Source: an uncultured Acidobacteriota bacterium (GTDB taxonomy: Bacteria; Acidobacteriota; Blastocatellia; RBC074). From it: 64,000 nt of DNA. The position numbers and the translations under genes are program-made. The DNA is taken from contig CAWCKY010000006.1 in NCBI GenBank assembly GCA_963796275.1, positions 352,001 to 416,000 on the forward strand. Direction: 5' to 3'. Of the stretch, positions 20,768-30,452 are shown piece after piece (the stretch's first letter is position 1; every line of letters begins with the position of its first letter). The notes beneath the pieces are model-generated. The model worked only from the letters and a program-made list of their open reading frames with translations. It searched no databases and was not told the DNA's origin.

Positions 20768-21196
20768 GTGAATTCGATCAACGTCGGACGTGTTTTGCTC
20801 GGCGGTTTATTGGCAGGTTTGGTGATGAACATCGGCGAATTCCTGTTGAATGGGGTATTTCTGGCGGAGCCGATGAAAGAAGAATTCCTCAGGCTCGGCC
20901 TGCCATTGGCGCCTAGTGGTAAGACCATTGCTATCTGGGTAGTATTGACCTTCATCCTCGGCATCGTCATTGTTTACCTCTACGCAATGATCCGGCCTCG
21001 CACAGGGCCTGGCTTAAAGGCCGCGATCTCTGCGGGTTTGATAGCGTGGTTCTTCGTTTATTTCTATGTGGGATTGTCATACCAGGCTATGGGGTTATGG
21101 CCTATGAGCCTGACACTGATTGGAATGGTATGGGGCTTATTCGAATACGCGATCGGAGCAATCGCTGGAGCTCGCTTATACCGGGAAGCCAGGTAG
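20768..21196 (+). CDS. Four-helix membrane protein, function unknown
   Basis: GGAGG RBS, GTG start; INVGRVLLGGLLAG, YAMIRPRTGPG; four hydrophobic segments. Confidence 0.75.
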   Translation: MNSINVGRVLLGGLLAGLVMNIGEFLLNGVFLAEPMKEEFLRLGLPLAPSGKTIAIWVVLTFILGIVIVYLYAMIRPRTGPGLKAAISAGLIAWFFVYFYVGLSYQAMGLWPMSLTLIGMVWGLFEYAIGAIAGARLYREAR

Positions 21197-21349
21197 TATT
21201 GCATAAGCAATTTTCATACATGGAGACTAAACAAGCCACGGAGGCACAGAAATGCGAATAGCTTACGACGCTATCCCTTCCGCTTCCGTGGTCAATTTCT
21301 GTCAATAACTCAGCTAACCATAAACTCAGCTATCCAACCGGAGTATCTT

Positions 21350-22096
21350 ATGAAGAAGACATTGTTCATTAGCCTAATTCTGCTGGCCTCTCTTGCCGTC
21401 GGGGAGACTGGGGCATTTTCGCAGAAACCGGATGAAAAGGCCCCGCCGTTAGAACTTGAAATGTATCAATTCGGGTTGCTCAAACGCGGTCCGAAATGGA
21501 CCGGCGGGAACACTCCAGAGATACAAAAGATTCAGGAAGGCCATATGGCCAATATCAACAAGATGGCGAAGGCCGGGAAATTAAGGGCTGCCGGGCCAAT
21601 GGGTGACGATGGCGAGATCCGCGGCGTCTTTATATTCAAAGCGGCGTCATTAGGTGAGGCGCGATCGCTTGCAGCGGAAGATCCGGCCATCAAAGCGGGA
21701 CGACTGACTCTTGAATTACACGATTGGTTGGGGCCGAAGAATATCGGCGTAAAAGTGCAGGAGGAGTTGAAAACGAATGCGAACCCGAAATACACGATGA
21801 CCAAATACTACTTGACGCTTCTCAGGCGCGGCCAGAAGAGTACTGACTTCTCGTCGCCGGAAAACCAGAAGTTGATTACGGATCATATCTCGAATGCGAA
21901 AAGGATGATGGCCGCCCGAACATTTATGGCCGCCGGACCATTTGATGAAAAAGGCGATCTGCGGGGCATCTTCGTGATCGCGGCCGGCTCACTCGAAGAG
22001 GCCCGCACGATCGCCGATGCTGATCCAGCCGTCAAAGCGGGGCTCCTGACTGCGGAAATTCATCCCTGGTATGTCGCTCAGGAAGTGTGGCCGTGA
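21350..22096 (+). CDS. Secreted tandem YciI-domain protein
   Basis: Signal peptide; two copies of H...AAGP.....LRG.F...A.SL.EAR..A..DPA.KAG.L..E.H.W. Confidence 0.85.
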   Translation: MKKTLFISLILLASLAVGETGAFSQKPDEKAPPLELEMYQFGLLKRGPKWTGGNTPEIQKIQEGHMANINKMAKAGKLRAAGPMGDDGEIRGVFIFKAASLGEARSLAAEDPAIKAGRLTLELHDWLGPKNIGVKVQEELKTNANPKYTMTKYYLTLLRRGQKSTDFSSPENQKLITDHISNAKRMMAARTFMAAGPFDEKGDLRGIFVIAAGSLEEARTIADADPAVKAGLLTAEIHPWYVAQEVWP

Positions 22097-22299
22097 GATA
22101 AAAATGCGAAAAAGCGAAAAACCCGACTGACAGCCGTTAATTAATGCCGTGAGATTCTCATCGTACTTTTAATTTTCTCGCAACTTTCTTTTTTGAAACC
22201 GGCATGATGGCAATCATGTCTGGGCAAGTGGTATTACCTGATTTATAATCGCGGTTCCAAACACAATACAATAAATTGATGCAGCCGGGAGGCGTGACG

Positions 22300-25071
22300 A
22301 TGTTGAAGAGTAGTCTACTCTGGAAAACTCCTATCAGATCGATTATCACGATTGTCTTCATCTTATTCGTATCGACGCTGCAATTTACGCAGACAGCCTC
22401 GATGCAACAGAAGGAGCCATCGCGCGAAGGGGTGGAGTTCTTCGAAAAGAAGATACGCCCTGTGCTCGCCGACAGCTGTTACGCGTGCCACAGTGCGAAG
22501 GCCAAAAAGCCGCAGGGCGGATTGCTGCTCGATTCTATTGATTCAATGCTCAAAGGCGGCGCATCAGGTCAGCCCTCCATTGTTCCGGGCGATCCCGACA
22601 AGAGCCTTCTCATCAAAGCCATCCGTTACACCGACCCTAAATTACAAATGCCCTTCGGCGGCAAGTTGCCTGATCAAGTTATCAAGGATTTTGAAGAGTG
22701 GGTGAAGATGGGCGCGCCCGCTCCGCGCGGCGATGCAACGGTTGCGGCGAACCGGCCCGCCTACAATTTCGACGAAGCTAAAAAATTCTGGTCCTACCGA
22801 CCGATCGCGGATCACCAGCCGCCGGCGGTGAAAAATCAGACCTGGGTAAAGACTCCCATCGATCATTTCATCCTCGCAAAGCTCGAAGAGAAAAAATTGA
22901 AGCCGGTTGGCGACGCGGATAAGCGGACTTTGATTCGCCGCGCGACCTTCGACTTAACGGGCCTGCCTCCGTCTCCTGAGGAGATCGAAAAGTTTTTGAC
23001 TGACAAATCGCCGAACGCTTTCGAGAAGGTCATCGACCGCCTGCTGGCTTCCCCGGCTTACGGCGAGAGGTGGGGCAGGCACTGGCTCGATCTGGTGCGT
23101 TACGCAGATACGGCCGGAGATAATTCGGACTATCCTGTGCCGGCTGCCTATCGTTACCGCAACTATGTCATCGAATCGTTCAATAAAGACAAGCCATACG
23201 ACCAGTTCATCCGCGAACAGATCGCCGGCGATATTCTCGCAAGTCATCGCAGCCCGCTAGTAGATGGGAATCTCCCTGACGGCGAGGAAGACGAAGATGC
23301 TGCGGAGAAGAGAACGACTGCGGAAGAGCTGGAAAAGTCGCGCCAGGAAAAGATCATCGCTACCGGATACCTCGCCATGTCGCGCCGCTTCGGTTCGCGC
23401 AACAAGGAGATGAATTTGACGATCGATGACACGATCGATAATCTCGGCAAGACGTTTCTCGGCCTCAGCACAAGCTGCGCGCGCTGTCACGACCACAAGT
23501 TCGATCCGATCCCGCAGCGCGACTATTACGCGCTCTACGGCATGTTCAATAGCATCCGCTACTCGTTTCCGGGAGCAGAGATCTATCCGCATCCGGCTGA
23601 GATGGTCGCGCTCGGCTCCGGCGATGAAGCAGCGAGATTTTACAAGGTACAGAAGGAGTTGGAATCTCTCGACGATCGCGTAGAGTTCCTGAAAGTGGAG
23701 AGAGGGGCGGCCGCGCGCAACAAAAAGATGAGGGAAGATCAGGCTAAGAAGGAAGCGCAGGCAAAAGAAGCGGGAGCGAAGGGCGAGGCTAGAAGCGACA
23801 ATGAGAGTGGCGCGCAATCCGATGAAAAAGCGAAGACAAAGGTTGTCGAGCCGAAAGGCGAGACCAGGTCGGCCGATTACGACCGCGACAGCCATAACTC
23901 TTCGAGTGCGCAGAAGTCGAAGCGTATGCCGGAAGATGTTGAAGCCGAGAACAAGGCAGTCAGAGCGCGCATCGCCGAGCTGCATGCGCGTTACCTCAAG
24001 GCCCCGAAAGCTTATGCGGTGGTCGAGGGGCAGGTGGCGAATGCTCATATTCACCGGAAAGGGGACCCGAAGAACCTGGGTGAAAAAGCCCCACGGGGAT
24101 TCCTCACCATTCTCGGTGGCCAGCAGGTCCCGAAAGATCACGATGGCAGCGGGCGCGAACTGCTCGCCGATTGGATCGCTGACGCCAAGAACCCGTTGAC
24201 GGCTCGCGTAATGGCCAACCGGATATGGCAATATCATTTCGGCGCAGGCATTGTGCCGACGTCCAACGACTTCGGCTCGCGCGGGCGCGCCCCGACGCAT
24301 CCTGAACTGCTCGACTATCTGGCTACCCGCTTCATCGAGGGCGGCTGGTCGATGAAGAAGATGCACCGGATGATCATGCTCTCGCGCGTCTACCAGCTTG
24401 ACAGCGGAGAAGAGAGGCCGGGGGATATAAAGCGCGCAGATTTGCGGGCCCGACTTTTCGCTGGCAATTCTGCGATCGATGTAAGCAACGATTACTTATG
24501 GCGATTCAACCGCCGCCGTTTGTCCGCCGAAGAGGTCCGCGATTCGATGCTTTCGACCAGCGGCCAGCTCGACACCACGATGGGCGGGGAGCACCCATTC
24601 CCGTCGGAGACGACCTGGCGCTTCAGCCAGCACGTTCAGTTCTTCGGCGTTTACGACGCTAACCGCAGAAGCATTTATCTCATGCAGCAGCGATTGAAGA
24701 AGCACCCGTTTTTTGAGGTTTTTGACGGAGCTGACACGAATATGACGGTTGGCGAACGACCGCTTAGCACGACGCCGCTGCAGGCGCTCTACCTGATGAA
24801 CAATCCGTTCGTCCACGAGCAGGCAGATCAGTTCGCCCTGCGTGTCGGCATGGCCTACGATACGATGCCGGAACGGGTGGATTACGCATTCCAGCTGGCT
24901 TACGGGCGTTCGGCTAAGCCTGAAGAAGTCAGAGAGGCGATAGCATATATTAAAAAGACGAAGTTGAATTTACAGACGCTGAATATTCCTCGGGAAAAAT
25001 ATACTCGTATGGCCTTGGCGAGTTATTGCCGGGTGTTGTTAAGCAGTAATGAGTTTTTGTATGTAGATTAG
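22300..25071 (+). CDS. Planctomycete cytochrome c + DUF1549/DUF1553 (PSCyt/PSD1) protein
   Basis: FFEKKIRPVL..SCYACH, LIRRATFDLTGLPP, YGERWGRHWLD, CARCHDHKFDP, NPLTARVMANRIW, PTHPELLDYLA. Confidence 0.92.
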   Translation: MLKSSLLWKTPIRSIITIVFILFVSTLQFTQTASMQQKEPSREGVEFFEKKIRPVLADSCYACHSAKAKKPQGGLLLDSIDSMLKGGASGQPSIVPGDPDKSLLIKAIRYTDPKLQMPFGGKLPDQVIKDFEEWVKMGAPAPRGDATVAANRPAYNFDEAKKFWSYRPIADHQPPAVKNQTWVKTPIDHFILAKLEEKKLKPVGDADKRTLIRRATFDLTGLPPSPEEIEKFLTDKSPNAFEKVIDRLLASPAYGERWGRHWLDLVRYADTAGDNSDYPVPAAYRYRNYVIESFNKDKPYDQFIREQIAGDILASHRSPLVDGNLPDGEEDEDAAEKRTTAEELEKSRQEKIIATGYLAMSRRFGSRNKEMNLTIDDTIDNLGKTFLGLSTSCARCHDHKFDPIPQRDYYALYGMFNSIRYSFPGAEIYPHPAEMVALGSGDEAARFYKVQKELESLDDRVEFLKVERGAAARNKKMREDQAKKEAQAKEAGAKGEARSDNESGAQSDEKAKTKVVEPKGETRSADYDRDSHNSSSAQKSKRMPEDVEAENKAVRARIAELHARYLKAPKAYAVVEGQVANAHIHRKGDPKNLGEKAPRGFLTILGGQQVPKDHDGSGRELLADWIADAKNPLTARVMANRIWQYHFGAGIVPTSNDFGSRGRAPTHPELLDYLATRFIEGGWSMKKMHRMIMLSRVYQLDSGEERPGDIKRADLRARLFAGNSAIDVSNDYLWRFNRRRLSAEEVRDSMLSTSGQLDTTMGGEHPFPSETTWRFSQHVQFFGVYDANRRSIYLMQQRLKKHPFFEVFDGADTNMTVGERPLSTTPLQALYLMNNPFVHEQADQFALRVGMAYDTMPERVDYAFQLAYGRSAKPEEVREAIAYIKKTKLNLQTLNIPREKYTRMALASYCRVLLSSNEFLYVD

Positions 25072-25122
25072 CAACGGGATCACGGCAAAACTGGCACAAC
25101 ATCTAAGAACACAAAAGTAACG

Positions 25123-26511
25123 ATGATTATGAATAAAAACGACTTTACCCGCCGCGCAATGATCCGATCGCTCTTCAGCGGTTCGCTGATAATGCCTGCC
25201 GTCTTTTCGCAGTTGCTTGCGGCCGACGGCCGGGCGAAAGAGCTGGGAACGGACAATCCGCTCGCGCCCAAACAACCGCACTTTCCTCCCAAAGCGAAGC
25301 GGGTGATCTACATCTACCTGCCCGGCGGCATGTCGCACGTCGATTCCTTCGATTACAAGCCGAAGCTAATCGAAGACGCAAAAGCGAATCGCCTTTACCA
25401 AGGCAGGCGTAAACTGCTCGAACCGCGGTGGGAGTTCAAGCCTCGGGGCAAGAGCGGCATCTACGTCAGCGAGCTTTTTCCGCATATTGCCGAGTGCGCC
25501 GATGATATTTGCGTCATCAATTCATTGCGCGGCGACCATAACGATCATTTCCAGGCGACGCTGGGCATCCACACCGGCTCTGTCACGTTCAAGCGTCCGA
25601 GCATCGGTTCGTGGGTGAGCTATGGACTGGGCACTGAAAATCGTAACCTTCCATCTTTCGTGGTGCTCGCTCCGCAACTGCCTTACACTGGGGCGCAGGC
25701 ATGGGATTCAGACTTTCTTCCCGCGATGCATCAAGGCACGCGCGTGGTCGCCGGGGACGAACCGGTGGCGAATCTCAACCGGCGGTCTCCGTCGCCCACG
25801 ATTCAACAGGCTGAATTGAGCCTGCTCGAACGGTTCAACGGCCGCCATCTGCAGGCGCGGACGGCCGATCCGCAACTCGAGGCGCGCATCAAGACGTATG
25901 AGACGGCATTCGGAATGCAGCGTGAAATGCCCGAGGTTCTCGACCTTTCAAAGGAGACCGACGCGACATTGAACCTATACGGTTTGAAGCGCGGCCAGAC
26001 GACCGGCTTCGGCTGGCAGGCGATCGTCGCGCGGCGAATGGTTGAGCGCGGCGTGCGGTTCATCGAATTGATCGACGTGGGCGCATCGAAGAACTGGGAT
26101 GCGCACAGCGATGTGAAGACGCACGAGCCGCTGGCGCGCAATATCGATAAACCGATTGCCGGATTGATCAAAGACCTCAAATCTCGTGGGCTGTTCGACG
26201 ACACGCTCATCGTTTTTACGACCGAATTCGGACGCTCCCCCGCAGCGGAAGGCGAATACGGTCGCGGTCATTTCTGCTTCGCTTTTTCTTCGTGGCTGGC
26301 CGGCGGCGGGACTAAAGGAGGAATGGTTTACGGCAAGAGCGATGATTACGGGATGAAAGTGGCGGAAAATGAATGCCACGTGCACGATTTTCATGCGACG
26401 ATCCTGCATCTGCTCGGCTTCGATCACACCAGGCTGACCTTCCGGTACGGCGGACGAGATTTCAGACTGACCGATGTGCACGGAAATGTAGTGAAACAGA
26501 TATTGGCTTGA
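25123..26511 (+). CDS. DUF1501-domain protein (Tat-like N-terminus)
   Basis: TRRAMI, AKRVIYIYLPGGMSHVDSFDYKP, RPSIGSWVSYGLG, WDAH, TEFGRSP, RLTDVHG. Confidence 0.92.
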   Translation: MIMNKNDFTRRAMIRSLFSGSLIMPAVFSQLLAADGRAKELGTDNPLAPKQPHFPPKAKRVIYIYLPGGMSHVDSFDYKPKLIEDAKANRLYQGRRKLLEPRWEFKPRGKSGIYVSELFPHIAECADDICVINSLRGDHNDHFQATLGIHTGSVTFKRPSIGSWVSYGLGTENRNLPSFVVLAPQLPYTGAQAWDSDFLPAMHQGTRVVAGDEPVANLNRRSPSPTIQQAELSLLERFNGRHLQARTADPQLEARIKTYETAFGMQREMPEVLDLSKETDATLNLYGLKRGQTTGFGWQAIVARRMVERGVRFIELIDVGASKNWDAHSDVKTHEPLARNIDKPIAGLIKDLKSRGLFDDTLIVFTTEFGRSPAAEGEYGRGHFCFAFSSWLAGGGTKGGMVYGKSDDYGMKVAENECHVHDFHATILHLLGFDHTRLTFRYGGRDFRLTDVHGNVVKQILA

Positions 26512-26593
26512 TCAATACTATGGATTGAAGCGGATGCGACGGATCATACGGATAAAATCCAGAATACCCGTTGCATCCGCGCAAATCAGCGAG

Positions 26594-27004
26594 TCAAACT
26601 TCGTTCGACCTGTTGGCAGCGATCATTCTCAACCTCTCCTCTCTCCCTCTCTTCCTTTCGTTGTATCCACGATCACCATATGGTTCCAGCTTCTCCAGCC
26701 AGAGTTCTTCTAAGAATGCCAGGTCGGCGCTATATTCGTAGTTGGGATCTGGATTCGGCTGAAGTTCATCCAGAATTTCAAAGGCGAAGCTCTTGCTTCC
26801 CCATTCATTCCATTCCGCCTGTAGCGTTTTGTTCGGGTGACTTCCCGCCGTTAACTGGAATTTGTGTCGATTGAGAATTCCCGGAAGATTGAGAGCTGCC
26901 CCCACCAGTACTTTATGATTGACCAGATTGTAAATCTGGAAAACACCCATTGGTCGGTGATTCTGTTTATATTCCCGTTTCAATTCTTTCTTTGCGTTGT
27001 CCAT
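26594..27004 (-). CDS. GIY-YIG nuclease-family protein
   Basis: MGVFQIYN..N.K..VG, NRHKFQL..GSHPN..LQAEWN..G...FAFEIL, C-terminal GYN. Confidence 0.75.
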   Translation of the reverse strand: MDNAKKELKREYKQNHRPMGVFQIYNLVNHKVLVGAALNLPGILNRHKFQLTAGSHPNKTLQAEWNEWGSKSFAFEILDELQPNPDPNYEYSADLAFLEELWLEKLEPYGDRGYNERKRGREERLRMIAANRSNEV

Positions 27005-27046
27005 TCCGGAATCCAGTCAACTGAGGCATGTACAAATTAAAGTTGG

Positions 27047-27135
27047 TAACTGCACAGCCTCTTCGCCGCGTTAGCAGCGGTTGATGGTAGCCGTGGTTTT
27101 AACCCACGGTGGCAGTAGATTTTTTCTGTGACGGT
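27047..27135. repeat. Truncated copy (left arm) of the 214-bp REP/MITE-like palindromic element
   Basis: TAACTGCACAGCCTCTTCGCCGCGTTAGC...GTAGCCGTGGTTTTAACCCACGG matches the arms at 27208-27268 and 39032-39095. Confidence 0.75.
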
Positions 27136-27268
27136 CGCTTGATCCATAAATAGTTTTCAGTTTTAGTTGCTGATCGATACAGCTCAGCTAAAACAAAAAC
27201 CTGAAATTAACTGTACAGCCTCTTCGCCGCGTTAGCGGCGGCTGATTGTAGCCGTGGGTTTTAACCCA

Positions 27269-28659
27269 CTGGTATCTACACATTTCCGACGGTTAGGAAT
27301 AGCCTGGCACAATGAGCCGGGCCATCTGTTTAAGGTCATTGAGGTCATAATGTTCGAGCAATTCAAGTGTCGACAAGAAACTCCAAAACCCAGCCAACAA
27401 TGCTGGTGCAGTGGGTTGCCCACGCCGAACTTGTCGACCGCTCAATCGCACCAAGAGATTGCGCAGGGTGACCGTCTGCGGATCCGTTGCGCGTTGGATG
27501 TGCCAGACTACGACACAAGCCATGGCCACCACCAACAAACGTTTGGCAATCGCCTCAGCAGTTTCCTGCTGCCACTGGTCGACTTGGAAACCATGGCTTT
27601 TAAGCAACTTGAAGTAAGATTCAATTCTCCAGCGCCAGTAGTACCATTCGGCCAGTTGCTCAGCGCTGATGCCAGCCGGCACGTTACTGAGCAAGTACCA
27701 TTCAGCCGCAATCGTTTCATCGGGCAAGCGCAGTTGACAGACAATCAAGCGCAGTTCGAGCGGCTCACCTTTGATCCATTGACGCTTGCCCCCGTCGCGC
27801 GCGCGGGGAAAGGCCGGACGATCAATGACGATGCTGGTTTCGCCCACAAACAGTTGCCCAATGAGATTGGCCGAAATCTCTACCGCTTGGCTAGCGCGCA
27901 AGGCGACCTGTGCTGCGACCTGGCTCAACGGTTGTGTCCGCTCCTGCCAAACAACTCTCTGTTCCCCGTTGGCACGTACTTCAAACAGATGGCCTTCACT
28001 ATTCCATTGACGATAGTGAAAGATCGAGTCGCCTTCCCGATCAATGATGTGGACCAGCGGCAACGACAGTTTTTGCTTCTGCGAAGCCCGCATTGTCTGG
28101 CTCACCAATCCCAGGGGCGACCAATCTCTGTGCCTCTCTTCATCAAGCGTTGTGTGCCATCCATCATTGGCCCACAGCCCAAGGCTGATCGGCGCTATCG
28201 GCGCCCCGCTCTGGTCGCTCAGCAGCAACGTGGTCGCCAGTTTGTAGCCCAAGTCGCTGCCGATTTTTTTCCGATCCTTCTTGCTCGTGTGCGTTCCGTA
28301 GCGCAGATCAGACCAGTCGTGGATCGCCAGTCCATACCGTCGACAGACAAGCGGCATCTCCCGCCGAGCTTGTTCTACCAACGGTTCGACCAGCCCCGTC
28401 AGCTTCACATTGGGGTTGGCATAAAATCGCCAGGCCGCTTGCGTGCTGGCAAACGCTTCATTAACGCTCGGCAGCGCACGCGATCCAGCAGCTTGATTCT
28501 CGCTTGTATGGAGATGTTCATTCACCAGCCTCTCATACCGTCTTTGCAAACGGGGGTCAAATGGAGGTTTGAGGAGAAACATTCAAAGAGCATATTCTTC
28601 GGTAGGTTTGATTGCGATAACTCTTTGCAACCAAACGCAAAAACTTGTGTAGATACCAG
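27269..28659 (-). mobile_element. IS4-family insertion sequence (about 1.39 kb)
   Basis: Perfect 14-bp terminal inverted repeats CTGGTATCTACACA (27269-27282) / TGTGTAGATACCAG (28646-28659), flanked by the direct repeat TGGGTTTTAACCCA (27255-27268, 28660-28673). Confidence 0.92.
27293..28582 (-). CDS. IS4-family DDE transposase
   Basis: QAAWRFYANPNV, AIHDWS, HIIDREGD, YYWRWRIESYFKLLK (YREK motif). Confidence 0.92.
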   Translation of the reverse strand: MFLLKPPFDPRLQRRYERLVNEHLHTSENQAAGSRALPSVNEAFASTQAAWRFYANPNVKLTGLVEPLVEQARREMPLVCRRYGLAIHDWSDLRYGTHTSKKDRKKIGSDLGYKLATTLLLSDQSGAPIAPISLGLWANDGWHTTLDEERHRDWSPLGLVSQTMRASQKQKLSLPLVHIIDREGDSIFHYRQWNSEGHLFEVRANGEQRVVWQERTQPLSQVAAQVALRASQAVEISANLIGQLFVGETSIVIDRPAFPRARDGGKRQWIKGEPLELRLIVCQLRLPDETIAAEWYLLSNVPAGISAEQLAEWYYWRWRIESYFKLLKSHGFQVDQWQQETAEAIAKRLLVVAMACVVVWHIQRATDPQTVTLRNLLVRLSGRQVRRGQPTAPALLAGFWSFLSTLELLEHYDLNDLKQMARLIVPGYS

Positions 28660-28791
28660 TGGGTTTTAACCCACGGTGCCGGCAGAGATTTTTTCACGTC
28701 GCGTCAGCGACGGTTGAATTCAGGCGTCGCTAACGCGACGCGGGAATATCCTTCAAGCCTTCCGTGGGTTAAAACCCACGGCTACAATCAA

Positions 28792-29217
28792 CCGCCGCTA
28801 ACGCGGCGAAGAGACTGCCGCCGCTAACGCGGCAAGAGACTGCCGCCGTTAACGCGGCAAGAGACTGCCGCCGCTAACGCGGCAAGAGACTGCCGCCGTT
28901 AACGCGGCAAGAGACTGCCGCCGCTAACGCGGCAAGAGACTGCCGCCGTTAACGCGGCAAGAGATTGCCGCCGCTAACGCGGCAAGAGGCTGCCGCCGCT
29001 AACGCGGCAAGAGGCTGCCGCCGCTAACGCGGCAAGAGACTGCCGCCGCTAACGCGGCAAGAGACTGCCGCCGCTAACGCGGCAAGAGACTGCCGCCGCT
29101 AACGCGGCAAGAGGCTGCCGCCGCTAACGCGGCAAGAGACTGCCGCCGCTAACGCGGCAAGAGACTGCCGCCGCTAACGCGGCAAGAGACTGCCGCCGCT
29201 AACGCGGCAAGAGGCTG
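28792..29217. repeat. Tandem array of 17 x 25-bp units, each containing a GCCGC-TAAC-GCGGC hairpin
   Basis: Unit CCGCCGCTAACGCGGCAAGAGACTG; first unit 26 bp, then 16 units over 28818-29217 with few SNPs and no spacers. Confidence 0.95.
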
Positions 29218-29390
29218 CCGTTGTTATCAGCAGTTTCTGATTGGCTCCTCTGGCGCTCAAGACCGACAACGATCTTGCACGCAGTTATTACGATCGTGCT
29301 CGCATTCTCTTTGAAGTCATTTGATGGACCAGGAAGCATGCCGAGAGTCGTTGATAACAATCAACTTTGATTTGCACATCCTCAAGTGAA

Positions 29391-30368
29391 CTAGGAGCAA
29401 TTAACCTTTTTGTACACTAAATCCGCGAGCGCCCGGATGAAGCTGGGCGTTGTGTTAAACGCGGGGACTCGCCGATAAGCGCGAAACCCCAGCTCATCCG
29501 CCAGCTTTTTATAAAGAATATCGAGCTCATAGAGCGTTTCTATGTGCTCGGAGACGAAGCTGACCGGAATGGCGAGCACCTGTTCTACACCTTTCGCTTT
29601 CAGTTCGCGCAGTTTCTGGTCCGTTGTCGGTTCGAGCCATTTAACCGGTCCGACCTTGCTCTGGAAGCTGAGATGAACGGGGCCGACATTCCCCAACTTA
29701 TCAGATACTTTTTGCACCGTCTCCTGCGTGTGCCGGTAGTACGGATCGCCGTTCGTTATGTAGCTCTCAGGCACGCTGTGGGCGCTGAAGAGCAGATGAA
29801 CGCGCCGCGGATCCGGATCAGGAAATTTTTCAATCTCTTCGGAAATCTGGCCGGCGAGCGCGGCGATATAGGGTTCATGCGTGTGCCAGCGCGTGATGTA
29901 ATGGCGTCGAATCTGGCGCAGGCCGCCGCGTCGATCGAGTTGAGAGACGAAATCTTTAAAACTCGATCCCGTGGTCGATACTGAGAATTGAGGATAGAGC
30001 GGCAGCACGATCAAATTATCAACTCCATCCCGTATGATCTCTTCGATTGCTATCTCGGTAAATGGATGCCAGTACCGCATACCGACGTATACTTTGGCAT
30101 CGATCCCGCGTCCGGTAAGTTCCGTTTGCAATGCCTCGGCCTGCTCGCCGGTGATGCGTCGAAGGGGCGAGCCGCCGCCGATCAGCGAATAATATCCGGA
30201 AGATTTTTTGTAACGCGTAGTCGCAATCAGCCACGCCAGAGGCTTTTGCATCGCGCGGATCGGAAGGCGCACGATCTCCGGATCGGAGAAGAGATTGAAC
30301 AAGAATGGGCGCACGTCCGCCAATGTTTCAGGGCCGCCGAGGTTGAAAAGTAGAACGCCGAGTTTCAT
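29391..30368 (-). CDS. hemH: Ferrochelatase
   Basis: GVLLFNLGGP, GGGSPL, MRYWHP, PLYPQFS, LFSAHSVP, FQSKVGPVKWLEP, FVSEHIETLYELD. Confidence 0.96.
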   Translation of the reverse strand: MKLGVLLFNLGGPETLADVRPFLFNLFSDPEIVRLPIRAMQKPLAWLIATTRYKKSSGYYSLIGGGSPLRRITGEQAEALQTELTGRGIDAKVYVGMRYWHPFTEIAIEEIIRDGVDNLIVLPLYPQFSVSTTGSSFKDFVSQLDRRGGLRQIRRHYITRWHTHEPYIAALAGQISEEIEKFPDPDPRRVHLLFSAHSVPESYITNGDPYYRHTQETVQKVSDKLGNVGPVHLSFQSKVGPVKWLEPTTDQKLRELKAKGVEQVLAIPVSFVSEHIETLYELDILYKKLADELGFRAYRRVPAFNTTPSFIRALADLVYKKVNCS

Positions 30369-30452
30369 AACTTAAGAAAGAATTCACCACCAGATATTAC
30401 CTCTTTAGCGGTTTTCGCCCTTTTGTGATTTTTGTGATGAATCCTTGGGCAT

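Larger units (their letters stand above)
27208..28817. repeat. Full REP/MITE-like palindromic element split by an IS4 insertion
   Basis: Left arm 27208-27268 plus 28674-28817 reconstitute an inverted copy of the element at 39031-39244. Confidence 0.8.

Noticed and set aside
27254-28669. 471-aa plus-strand ORF spanning the IS
   Set aside because: Antisense to the transposase and motif-free; its ends come from the IR/target duplication.
28792-29217. Possible CRISPR array
   Set aside because: Units are contiguous with no unique spacers, there are no cas genes in the window, and the unit derives from the adjacent REP-like element.
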